Assembly (NCBI GenBank): GCA_016705335.1
Contig: JADIYN010000015.1
Span: forward strand, 8,011-72,010
Direction: 5' to 3'
DNA length: 64,000 bases
DNA from: Draconibacterium sp.
Lineage (GTDB): Bacteria; Bacteroidota; Bacteroidia; Bacteroidales; Prolixibacteraceae
Shown: positions 54,837 to 64,000 of the stretch, one piece after another
Position numbering within the stretch: position 1 is the stretch's first letter
How the letters are laid out: each line of letters opens with the position of its first letter
Notes under the pieces: model-generated
Databases searched by the model: none
What the model was told of the DNA's origin: nothing
What the model saw: the letters and a program-made list of their open reading frames with translations, nothing else
Program-made: the position numbers and the translations under genes

Positions 54837-56210
54837 ATGAAAACGATTGTCATCTTAGTTACACTGATTGCGTTGCTTATCAAAACTGCAAACGCACAAA
54901 CTGAATTTCATACAAAAACAATTGCTGCCAACCTCGACACTCCCTGGGAAATTCTTTGGGGACCTGATAATTTTATCTGGTTTACTGAACGCTCGGGCAA
55001 AATCAGCAGAGTTAACCCGGACACAGGCGAAGTTTTTGAAGTTATTCAAATTGCCGATGCCAGGGAAGTTGGTGAAGGCGGACTTCTCGGAATGGTAACC
55101 GATCCCGATTTTTTAACAAACAACTATTTTTATGTTGCCTATAATTTTTATGCAGCAGGAAATAACTACCGTGAAAAAATTGTGCGTTACACATTTAATC
55201 CGGCAACCGGGAAAGCTGACAGTCCGTTGGTTTTATTAAACACAATTTCAGGTGCAAACAACCACAATGGTTGCAGGTTGATAATTTCGCACGATAAAAA
55301 ATTAATTTTTACAACCGGCGATTCGCAAGACACAAGCAATTCGCAGAACATAAATAGTTTAAATGGAAAAACGCTCAGGATAAATCTCGACGGATCAGTG
55401 CCGGAAGACAATCCACTGCCGGGAAGTCCGGTCTGGACCTGGGGCCACAGAAACCCGCAAGGCTTGGCTTTTTCACCTGACAGTACGATATTATACAGCA
55501 GCGAACACGGCCCAAACAGTAACGACGAGATAAATATTATCCAAAAAGGACGGAATTACGGCTGGCCGGCAGTTGAAGGATTTTGCAATACTTCAAATGA
55601 AATTACTTTTTGTAATGACAGCAATGTTGTGGAACCTATTTTTGCCTGGACACCAACTTTGGCAGTTGCCGGTATAGATTTTTATAATTCAGATTTAATT
55701 CCTGAATGGAAAAACAGCCTTTTGGTTACGTCGCTAAAAGCCAGCCGGATTACTCAATTACTTTTAAACGAAAGTGGAACAGAAGTATTGAATACGAAGG
55801 ATTTTTTCGCAGGTACTTTTGGCCGGCTGCGCGATATTTGTATTTCGCCTGAAGGAAAAGTTTATATTGCTGTGAGCAACCGCGATGGCAGAGGAAATCC
55901 TAAAACTGACGACGATAAAATAGTAGAAATCTCACCAATTACATCATCTGTCGATGAAACCCGCAATGATAAATTTGTGAATATTACACCAAATCCAGCC
56001 GGTAATTTTGTCAATATCAGTTTTTCTAAACTCACGCAAACTGAAATTGTGTATTCACTTTATAATGTAAATGGTCAGGTTTTAAAAACCGGAGTTCTTG
56101 AAGAGGGTTCAACTAAGCTTGATTTGCCCTTGAATTTTGAGGGATTAGCTTTCTTGAAACTTAATGCTGACAATCAGGTTTATATGAAGAAAATATTGAT
56201 TAAAAGGTAA
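54837..56210 (+). CDS. PQQ-dependent sugar dehydrogenase (GSDH/sGDH family) with T9SS C-terminal domain
   Basis: LDTPW, GEGGLLG, HNGCRL, GHRNPQG, EHGP..DEIN, NYGWP, GRLRD, CTD PNPA..YNVNGQ..KKILIK. Confidence 0.9.
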   Translation: MKTIVILVTLIALLIKTANAQTEFHTKTIAANLDTPWEILWGPDNFIWFTERSGKISRVNPDTGEVFEVIQIADAREVGEGGLLGMVTDPDFLTNNYFYVAYNFYAAGNNYREKIVRYTFNPATGKADSPLVLLNTISGANNHNGCRLIISHDKKLIFTTGDSQDTSNSQNINSLNGKTLRINLDGSVPEDNPLPGSPVWTWGHRNPQGLAFSPDSTILYSSEHGPNSNDEINIIQKGRNYGWPAVEGFCNTSNEITFCNDSNVVEPIFAWTPTLAVAGIDFYNSDLIPEWKNSLLVTSLKASRITQLLLNESGTEVLNTKDFFAGTFGRLRDICISPEGKVYIAVSNRDGRGNPKTDDDKIVEISPITSSVDETRNDKFVNITPNPAGNFVNISFSKLTQTEIVYSLYNVNGQVLKTGVLEEGSTKLDLPLNFEGLAFLKLNADNQVYMKKILIKR

Positions 56211-56224
56211 AATTCAGCATGAAA

Positions 56225-56261
56225 AAACAGGCCAACTATTATTGAAATAATTGGCCTGTTT
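56225..56261. terminator. Bidirectional terminator
   Basis: aaacaggccaa / ttggcctgttt inverted repeat between convergent genes. Confidence 0.75.
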
Positions 56262-56282
56262 AAAGTTCCGAAAATGAATAGT

Positions 56283-57107
56283 TTACTTGTTTTCCTTTTC
56301 TGTTTTTTCCTCTACTTCCACTTCAATCTGTTTTTCTTTGCCCTCTTTCTTTTCCTTGATTTTTATCACTTTCCCGTCGTCGGTAACAAAAGTTGCATTC
56401 CCTTTTTCTCCTTTTAGCTCGATTAATTCATCGTCTTCAAAAATCTGAGTGTTGCCATCGTCAGATTTTATAACCCTGATTGTTTTCTTTCCACCGGGTG
56501 CATTACTGTGCCAAAATACATTTTCTCCATTATTTCCATCGAAAATCATGTGCTCTTCTTCATTTTCGTCAACCTGTTTTCGCACAATTGTAATTTTCTC
56601 AGTTCCGTTTTTAAGTATTTTTTTGTCATACGAAATAATTCCGGGATCACTCAAGTCGATAACATTTTTGTTTTTGTTATTTCTAAACATCATAACATGA
56701 GGAGCGTGCGGAGGAAATGGTGCATCCGGCGCCATGGGCGGCATTATAATGTGTTCGCCTCCTTTGTCCGATTTCATAATAAAAATGTTCCCTTCTCCAT
56801 CATCATCAATTTTATATTCAAAATTCATGTCGGTTTTTGTGCATGTCACTCATATCAAAATCCTCTTTCGTAATCCATTTTAAATCATTTCCACCGATGG
56901 TGTCGCCCTGCCATACGAATTCTTTGTTATCGTGAATTACTGTATCCAGTTCTGTTTTTTACCGTTATCGTCAATTTTCACCATTTTAATGTGTTTCTCT
57001 GTCTTTTTCCCCCGCGGCGGATCCTGTGGATTTTCCCTGATTGAAAAAGAGGAAAGTAAAATGCCTGAAAAAACCGACAAAAGGATAATTGAAAAAATGC
57101 GTTTCAT
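56283..57107 (-). CDS. Exported low-complexity (Lys/Glu/Pro-rich) hypothetical protein, frameshifted
   Basis: Signal MKRIFSIILL..; fragments 56937-57107 and 56283-56849; divergent from the histidine kinase. Confidence 0.6.
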
Positions 57108-57171
57108 AATTACTCGTTTTAATTTGTTTTTATTCTGCAACAAATATACTTTAACTTCAATCTACCAATCA

Positions 57172-57208
57172 GTTAAAGCCTGGTTAAAACCTGTTAAGGA
57201 AAAGTTAA
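57172..57208. promoter_or_regulatory. Four phased GTTAA direct repeats (probable OmpR/PhoB-family binding sites) between divergent TATATTTG promoters
   Basis: GTTAA at 57172, 57183, 57193, 57204 (spacing 11/10/11); -7 boxes at 57141-57148 (-) and 57236-57243 (+). Confidence 0.65.
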
Positions 57209-57247
57209 AATCAAAACAGTAAACCTATAAAAGTCTATATTTGAGGC

Positions 57248-58969
57248 ATGAACAAAAAGTTTTTTACAGGGATCATTATTTTGATGGGAGTTTCAATTCT
57301 CGGGATCATTGCCGTGCAACTGGTTTGGATGAACAATGCCATTCAGGTTAAAAATGAATTGTTCAACAGATCGGTGAACGAAGCGTTAAACAATACGGTT
57401 AACAAATTGGAAGATTTGCACAATTTCAGGATAGTAAACCACATGATTTTCGATCTTGATTCGTTGCACTGGACAAATGAAACAGGAGAAGAATTTGAAA
57501 GTGTTGCTCCACCGCCTCCTCCTGTTTTCTACAACAATTCAACACCAAAACCACCTGATCCTGTGCGTGTAATCCGACAAAGAAAACCTGGCGACAAAAA
57601 TACACGGATTGAAATAAAAGTTGATGGAAGCATGCATAAGAAAGGAGCTTTCAGTTATCAAATCGAAACAAATACAGAAACGGATAACGAGGATATTAGT
57701 ATTGAAGATATCCAAAATTCAGGGAATGCTGTAATTATAGTAAATTCCGACACAATCATTTCCAACATCGATTCGCTTTACAAAATCAGTCGGATTAAGA
57801 TCGATTCGATGTTAACCACACTTGACACAATCGGAATTCTTCAATCCGAGATTTCAAAACGGGCACAACAAAAAGGCACACAGTTGAAACGAATGGCCGA
57901 CCAGGCAATCAGTGAATTTGAAACCTGGGACGTACGCAAAATTGATGAAGAACAACTTCAGCAGGTTTTGGGAGAAGAGCTGGTTAACAGGGATATTCCA
58001 ATCCCATTTGAATATGCAATTATACAGGACAGCTCTTTTATAAACGAGAACCCGGTTACTGATTCATTAAAATTAAGTGAAACTGAATACAGGGTAAAAT
58101 TGTACCCCAACGATATTTTTCAGAAGAATATGCAACTTGCATTGTTTTTTCCGGGACGCGAAAGTTTTGTTTACCGCTCGTTGAATTGGCTGTTATTGTC
58201 GTCGTTCCTGTTTTCACTAATCATTTTGCTGACATTTGGATTGAGCGTTTTTTATATTCTCAGACAAAAGAAAATATCGGAAATGAAGTCGGATTTTATT
58301 AATAACATGACCCACGAATTTAAAACACCAATTGCCACAATCTCGGTTGCCACCGATTCAATCACAAACCCGAAAGTGTTAAACGATCCTGAACGAATTC
58401 GTTATTTTGCAGGAATGATAAAAAAGGAAAATATGCGCATGAACCGGCAAGTAGAAGATATTCTTACGATTGCACGTCTCGATCAAAAAGATTTTGAATT
58501 TAAATGGGAAGCAATTGATGTGCATGAGTTAATTGAAGATGCCATTCAGGGAATAAAAATTCAGATTGAAAAGCGAAGCGGGGAAATAATAACCGATTTG
58601 GCAGCAAAAAATGCAGTAGTTACAACTGATAAAATCCATTGCACAAACGTTATTTACAACCTGCTCGACAACGCAAATAAGTATTCTGCTGAAAATCCGC
58701 AAATAAAAATTTCAACAACAAATAGAAATAATGGGATTTTAATTTCAATTGAAGACAAGGGAATTGGGATGACAAAAGCTGTACAAGGCAAGATTTTTGA
58801 AAGGTTTTACCGTCAAACCAGCGGAAATATTCACAATGTAAAAGGTTTTGGACTGGGGTTGAACTATGTAAAGGCAGTTTTGGAAGCCAATCATGGTACG
58901 ATTACAGTGCAAAGCGAACCCGGAAAAGGAAGCAGGTTTGACGTATTTTTGCCGTTTGTGAGAGAATAG
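57248..58969 (+). CDS. Sensor histidine kinase (RprX-like)
   Basis: Two TMs, KSDFINNMTHEFKTP, NLLDNANKY, DKGIG, FERFYR, GFGLGL. Confidence 0.93.
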   Translation: MNKKFFTGIIILMGVSILGIIAVQLVWMNNAIQVKNELFNRSVNEALNNTVNKLEDLHNFRIVNHMIFDLDSLHWTNETGEEFESVAPPPPPVFYNNSTPKPPDPVRVIRQRKPGDKNTRIEIKVDGSMHKKGAFSYQIETNTETDNEDISIEDIQNSGNAVIIVNSDTIISNIDSLYKISRIKIDSMLTTLDTIGILQSEISKRAQQKGTQLKRMADQAISEFETWDVRKIDEEQLQQVLGEELVNRDIPIPFEYAIIQDSSFINENPVTDSLKLSETEYRVKLYPNDIFQKNMQLALFFPGRESFVYRSLNWLLLSSFLFSLIILLTFGLSVFYILRQKKISEMKSDFINNMTHEFKTPIATISVATDSITNPKVLNDPERIRYFAGMIKKENMRMNRQVEDILTIARLDQKDFEFKWEAIDVHELIEDAIQGIKIQIEKRSGEIITDLAAKNAVVTTDKIHCTNVIYNLLDNANKYSAENPQIKISTTNRNNGILISIEDKGIGMTKAVQGKIFERFYRQTSGNIHNVKGFGLGLNYVKAVLEANHGTITVQSEPGKGSRFDVFLPFVRE

Positions 58970-58973
58970 AAGC

Positions 58974-59000
58974 CTCCCCGGCCCTCTCCAAAGGAGAGGA
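58974..59000. repeat. REP-like GC hairpin CCTCTCC-AAA-GGAGAGG
   Basis: Perfect 7-bp stem just after the kinase stop; resembles a dispersed palindromic repeat. Confidence 0.5.
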
Positions 59001-59106
59001 GTAGGAAAAAAAAAATAAGAAATAAAGAATTACAAATCAATAAAGAAATCATTAAAACTTAATTTCTTATTCGTTATTCGATATTTTAGATTTTATTTAA
59101 AACTGA

Positions 59107-59799
59107 ATGAAAAACAACTATCACATATTTCTCCTTGAAGACGACCTCAGTTTTGGGGCGGTCTTAAAATCGTATCTCGAACTGAACGATTACAATGTTA
59201 CCTGGGTTGACGATGGAAAACATGCACTCGACAAATTCAGGAACGGAAAATACCACATTTGTATTCTCGATGTAATGTTGCCAAATATTGATGGATTTAC
59301 AGTTGGCCGCGAAATCCGGAGCATTGACAAAGATATACCCATGGTTTTTTTAACTGCTAAAGCTTTAAAAGAAGATATTCTGAAAGGCTACAATGTTGGC
59401 GCCGACGATTATATTACAAAACCATTCGATACTGAAGTGCTGCTTTGCAAAATAAGTGCAATAATCAAAAGGCAAACTTCAGCTCCCGCAACTGATGAAG
59501 TTATTTTTACAGTTGGTTCGTACCGTTTTGATTCAAAACTGAGGCAAATTCAACGGGGTGAAACAGTGCAAAAACTTTCGCCAAAAGAAGCTGATTTGCT
59601 GAAATTGCTTTGTCAGAATCAAAACCAACTGCTGCCACGCGAAACTGCCTTGCGTAAAATATGGGGCGACGACGGTTATTTTACAGCCCGCAGCATGGAC
59701 GTTTTTGTTACCAAATTGCGCAAATTCCTGGCTGATGATCCAAATATCGAAATCAAAAATATTCATGGAAGTGGATTTTGGTTGGAGGTAAAGGACTAA
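59107..59799 (+). CDS. OmpR/PhoB-family response regulator (RprY-like)
   Basis: LEDD, LDVMLP.IDGF, GADDYITKPF, IWGDD..TARSMDVFVTKLRK, IHGSGF. Confidence 0.95.
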   Translation: MKNNYHIFLLEDDLSFGAVLKSYLELNDYNVTWVDDGKHALDKFRNGKYHICILDVMLPNIDGFTVGREIRSIDKDIPMVFLTAKALKEDILKGYNVGADDYITKPFDTEVLLCKISAIIKRQTSAPATDEVIFTVGSYRFDSKLRQIQRGETVQKLSPKEADLLKLLCQNQNQLLPRETALRKIWGDDGYFTARSMDVFVTKLRKFLADDPNIEIKNIHGSGFWLEVKD

Positions 59800-59968
59800 A
59801 CAATTTCTCATTGTAATAGGCACTTTGTTCAACCGGAAAAATATAGTTAAATCTTTAAAATTCTATTGTGCCCTATGTGCCTATGTGGTTTCTGCAATTC
59901 AAACCATACAGAAAAACTATTTAAGGATTTTCTTTTTTTCTTTCTATTTTAGAGAAAAATTTAAACCA

Positions 59969-60873
59969 ATGAAACAATACAATTCTCGCCGCAATTTCAT
60001 GAAATCGATGTTGGCAGTGCCATTTATTGCCTCCGGTTTTAATGATTATCCTTCAGAAATTCCTGCAGTTAGCAAAAAGTTTGGGCATAAATTGAAACTC
60101 AGTTTAAATCTTTACTCGTTCAATTCGCTTCTGATGGAAGGTAAAATCAATTTGTTTAATGTATTGGATTTTTGTGCTGAATATAATTTCGATGCTATCG
60201 ACCCAACCGGATATTATTTCCCGGGTTACCCGGAAGTTCCGACTGATGAATTTATGATGAAATTTAAAAAGCAGGCATTTTTACTTGGTCTTGATATTAG
60301 TGGCACCGGTGTCCGTAATGATTTTGCCAATCCGGATGCAGCTGCACGAAAAGCCGATATTGAACTGATAAAAAAATGGGTTGAAGCTGCGCTAAATGGG
60401 AATCCCAAACCTCCGTATTTTTGCCGGAACTAACAAACACGAAGGTTTTACGCGCGACAAGGTTTTTGAATGGATGGCACGCGATATTAAAGAGTGCTGC
60501 GAATACGGAAAGAAATTCGGGGTGATCATCGCCATTCAAAACCACAACGATTTTCTGAAAACAGCCTGCTGATGTTGATAAAATATTCGGGATGGTTGAT
60601 TCAGATTGGTTGGGATTGAACCTTGATATTGGAAGTTACCGTTTGGAAAATCCTTACGAAGCAATTCAGCTTAACTTGAAATACGCAATTACTTGGCAAA
60701 TCAAGGAAAATGTTTGGATTGACGGAAAGGAAGTACCAACTGATTTTCCGAAGCTTTTCAAAATAATAAAAGATGGCGGCTACCGCGGCTATTTACCGCT
60801 GGAAACTTTAGGCGCCGGCGATCCTTATCTGAAAGTGCCGGTACTTTTGGAAAATGTGAGGAAAGCATTGTAA
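59969..60873 (+). CDS. Tat-exported sugar phosphate isomerase/epimerase (xylose isomerase-like TIM barrel), frameshifted
   Basis: SRRNFMK signal, SLNLYSF, D.TGYY, QNHND, LNLDIG, GYRGYLPLE. Confidence 0.8.
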
Positions 60874-60952
60874 TTTTCCGGTTCTAAACAAAAACATAAA
60901 AACATCTAAACCATCGAACCATATTAACCAAAAATCTGAAAACCACTATCGA

Positions 60953-61440
60953 ATGAAACCACTAATTCTTCCAATTCTCATGGTAATATTTGCCCTTCAA
61001 CCATTTTTTTCGCAGGCACAGGAAAATCCTTCACGGGTAGATATTTCTGCGGGTTTTTCAATTCCAGAGACATTTAATCTTGGAGGGCGATGGCAATACA
61101 ACAACAACGGCAGCTTACACTTAAAACTGGGATCAAATTTCAACATCAACGATATTTATTATTCCGCTATGTTAATCACTGTTGGTGTTTTGGGAAATTA
61201 AGCAAAAACAAGAATGTGGTTTTAATCCGGATATACGCTGTCATTCGTCAACAACAGTCATCGTGAAGGATATTCATCGTTTTTGAATTTGTATTTTTCA
61301 AGAGAGTTTAAATTGGCAGACAAGTTGTTTATTGAACCCGAATTAGGTGCTTCATTTCCGGCATTCAACAATACATTCATAAAAGATGACCATTATGAAG
61401 GCACAACCTCATGATTATTGCTAAATTCGGATTAACATGA
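60953..61440 (+). CDS. Small exported beta-strand-rich hypothetical protein, frameshifted
   Basis: Signal ..SQAQ, GFSIPE..GGRWQY; downstream frame FIEPELGASF. Confidence 0.4.
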
Positions 61441-61508
61441 TATTGTTTTTAAATATTATCTGTCAATAAATTATACATTTAATTAATGTCATCAATAAGC
61501 CGAGAATC

Positions 61509-61834
61509 ATGCCCGAATTAACCAAAAAACCCTGAAAGAATTTCAGAATTACGTTGCAGAACTTGAAAACGAACGTGGTTTTTCTCATCAAACCATAATC
61601 GATAAATGCCTTTTGTTAGGCGAAGAAGTGGGTGAATTGTTTAAAGCCGTTCGTAAGTCGGAAGGTTTGGCTGTTGATTCAAATTCCAACTTTACCGAAA
61701 TTGGCGATGAACTTACCGACATTTTCATTTATCTCTGTGCAATAGCCAACCGCAAAGGAATTGATTTGGAATCTGCATTCCTTGAAAAAGAAGTGAAAAA
61801 TAAAAACAGAATCTGGAAACCTTCTCAAACATGA
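61509..61834 (+). CDS. MazG-like nucleotide pyrophosphohydrolase (dCTPase-like); 5' frameshift
   Basis: LKEFQNYV..ERGF, LGEEVGEL, GDELTD..YL..IAN..IDLE, KN..RIW. Confidence 0.85.
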
Positions 61835-61929
61835 AATTAGAGAGATTTGACATAATCATTTGAAAGATCATAAAACTTTTTTTGATGGAATAATTGGGTA
61901 TCTTTGCAGGTTTATTTTTAAAATAAGTC

Positions 61930-62340
61930 ATGGAAAAAATTATTATTAACCGGCTCGATTATGCCCGGATTAAGAAATGTATCAGTGATGCAAGACAATT
62001 TAAGTCGATATCCGACAGTGAAGTACAGAAACTGATTAACGAACTCGAATCGGCTAAGATTGTTGAACCAGAGGCAATTCCATCAAATGTTGTAACAATG
62101 AACTCAATTGTTAAACTCAGTTTTTCTAATAACAAAAAGCAAGTTCAGTTTCAGATAGTTTATCCTGACCAGGCAAATTTTAGGGAAAATAAAATATCAA
62201 TCTTTTCGCCCATTGCCACTGCTTTAATTGGATATAAAACCGGTAATGAAATTGAATGGATTGTTCCAGCCGGGTTAACAAAGTTGAAGATTGATGAAAT
62301 TGTTTATCAGCCCGAAGCTGCAGGCGACTATAATTTATAA
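61930..62340 (+). CDS. rnk: Regulator of nucleoside diphosphate kinase (GreA/GreB family)
   Basis: VVTMNS, IVYP, ISIFSPIATALIG, YQPEAAGDY; TATCTTTG promoter at 61899. Confidence 0.92.
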   Translation: MEKIIINRLDYARIKKCISDARQFKSISDSEVQKLINELESAKIVEPEAIPSNVVTMNSIVKLSFSNNKKQVQFQIVYPDQANFRENKISIFSPIATALIGYKTGNEIEWIVPAGLTKLKIDEIVYQPEAAGDYNL

Positions 62341-62369
62341 TTGAGACAATGTTTAATTTTAAAAACCTG

Positions 62370-62418
62370 AAATCAGAAAATATTCAATATTCGAACGAAT
62401 ATTTTCTGATTTTTTTTT
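62370..62418 (+). terminator. Intrinsic terminator after rnk
   Basis: 16-bp perfect inverted repeat aaatcagaaaatattc / gaatattttctgattt plus T tract. Confidence 0.75.
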
Positions 62419-62506
62419 AATTATTCATTTAACTTTTTTAAGAATCTAAAGTCAAAGCAACCAGTCTAAACTGATTTTACCTTATAATAATTAAAATTTC
62501 GGTATC

Positions 62507-63631
62507 GTGTCAAATAAAAAAATATTCAGAATAACCACCACAATCATTATAATATTACTGATTGCTGGTATGATTTTTTATCCAAAACTCAAACCCCTGT
62601 TTATATCGGGTGAAAACAAAGGAATGCCCGGTGGACCGGGAGGTGCCGGACGAGGACAGCAGATTTTACTGGCAAGTGGTTATGTTATTGTTCCTACTCA
62701 ATTGAGAGAACAGATTTACAGTACAGGTTCTCTGTTACCCGACGAAGAAGTGGAACTTTCGTTCGAAACCTCGGGCAAAGTGGTAGCCATTTATTTTAAA
62801 GAAGGAACACGAGTTAAAAAGGGCGAACTATTAGCTAAAATAAACGACAAACCTTTGCAGGCCCAGCTTTTAAAACTTCAGGCTCAACGCAAATTACTTG
62901 AAGAACGCGAATTCCGCCAGCGACAGTTACTCGATCGTGATGCCATCAGCCGCGAAAGTTACGATCAGGTTTCAACCGAACTGCAATCACTGCAGGCTGA
63001 TATTTTGTTGTTGGAAGCTCGTATTTCAGAAACCGAACTTCGTGCACCTTTTGACGGAATTGTGGGGTTACGCATGATTAGCGAAGGAGCTTTTGCCAAC
63101 ACTCAAACTAAAATCGTAAGGCTGGTTAAGATAAGTCCGCTGAAAATTGAATTTTCAGTTCCGGAACGTTATGCCGGTCAGATTACAGTTGGTTATCCGA
63201 TTATTTTTTTAGTAGATGGAGTTCAGGACACTTTTAGAGCAAGCGTTTATGCAATTGAACCTAAAGTGGATGTAAATACGCGTACAATTGTTACAAGAGC
63301 AATGTACCCCAATAAAAATGAAGAACTGAAACCTGGTCGTTTTGCCAGGGTGGAAGCACTTTTATCGCAAATTGAAAATGCTATTTCGATACCAACGGAA
63401 GCAATAATTCCTGAAATGGATGGAGAAAAAGTTTTTATTTATAAAAATGGAAAAGCAGAACAGGTAAAAGTTTCAACTGGTCTACGGACAGAAGCACTAA
63501 TTCAGATAAAAGAGGGGTTGCAGTTTGGCGATACACTTTTAACCACTGCAATTCTGCAGTTACGACATCAATTGCCGGTTAAACTCGACACTCTGATTAC
63601 AAACCAAAAACCGGAAATTCAAATACCATGA
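62507..63631 (+). CDS. RND efflux periplasmic adaptor subunit
   Basis: TM, EGTRVKKGELL, RAPFDG, LKPGRF, EGLQFGD. Confidence 0.92.
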   Translation: MSNKKIFRITTTIIIILLIAGMIFYPKLKPLFISGENKGMPGGPGGAGRGQQILLASGYVIVPTQLREQIYSTGSLLPDEEVELSFETSGKVVAIYFKEGTRVKKGELLAKINDKPLQAQLLKLQAQRKLLEEREFRQRQLLDRDAISRESYDQVSTELQSLQADILLLEARISETELRAPFDGIVGLRMISEGAFANTQTKIVRLVKISPLKIEFSVPERYAGQITVGYPIIFLVDGVQDTFRASVYAIEPKVDVNTRTIVTRAMYPNKNEELKPGRFARVEALLSQIENAISIPTEAIIPEMDGEKVFIYKNGKAEQVKVSTGLRTEALIQIKEGLQFGDTLLTTAILQLRHQLPVKLDTLITNQKPEIQIP

Positions 63632-64000
63632 GTCTTTCGTCAATCAGCATAAAACGTCCGGTACTTGCCACTGTATTTTCACTGGTAATACTCCTTTTTG
63701 GAGCTATCGGTATGACTTACCTCGGAATCAGGGAATTTCCTAGTGTCGATCCGCCGATTATTTCGGTGAGTACTTCCTACCCCGGAGCTAATTCAGATGT
63801 TATTGAAACACAAATAACCGAGCCGCTTGAACAATCGATTAACGGCATACCCGGTATCAGAACTTTAACCAGCCGAAGCAGCCAGGGCCGCAGCGAAGTA
63901 ACAGTAGAATTTGAACTTACTGTAGATTTGGAAACTGCGGCCAACGATGTTCGCGATAAAGTATCGCAGGCACAGCGGTTTCTTCCGCGCGACTGCGACC
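63628..64000 (+). CDS. RND (AcrB/MdtC-like) permease, N-terminal part, runs off window end
   Basis: MSLSSISIKRPVLATV..REFPSVDPP..YPGANSDVIETQITEPLEQSINGI..AANDVRD. Confidence 0.92.
   Translation, partial: MSLSSISIKRPVLATVFSLVILLFGAIGMTYLGIREFPSVDPPIISVSTSYPGANSDVIETQITEPLEQSINGIPGIRTLTSRSSQGRSEVTVEFELTVDLETAANDVRDKVSQAQRFLPRDCD

Overview
AT-rich chromosomal window from a Bacteroidota genome (TAnnTTTG -7 promoters, T9SS C-terminal domains, SusC/SusD; overall look is Prolixibacteraceae/Marinilabiliales-like, which is inference). It looks like an error-prone long-read consensus: many core genes (lolE, rsmA, mgtE, mrdA, rodA, ppk2, panB) are split by 1-bp indels, mostly at homopolymers, and several patches are garbled. 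Most content is housekeeping: rsmA-mgtE-rimB-rimK-aspartoacylase, purH-mreBCD-mrdA-rodA, ppk2, cdd, rluA, panB, dnaK, rnk, efflux pumps and an ECF sigma/anti-sigma pair. No rRNA, tRNA, CRISPR, integrase or transposase was seen. The best leads are: (1) an ~8 kb cassette with a periplasmic-TPR histidine kinase and LuxR regulator, a perfect 9-2-9 operator, a ~1620-aa T9SS DUF285-repeat surface protein and an unannotated small precursor-like ORF (Tat-like leader, predicted mature SLPSAPPDW), a candidate peptide-signalling module; (2) a signal-anchored uORF ending in KAPP (RAPP-like arrest motif) ahead of a T9SS-secreted tandem HmuY-like protein and a TonB receptor; (3) a perfect sigma54 promoter with an upstream palindrome at dnaK; (4) helically phased GTTAA boxes at an OmpR-family two-component locus; (5) a PfkB protein lacking its catalytic Asp.
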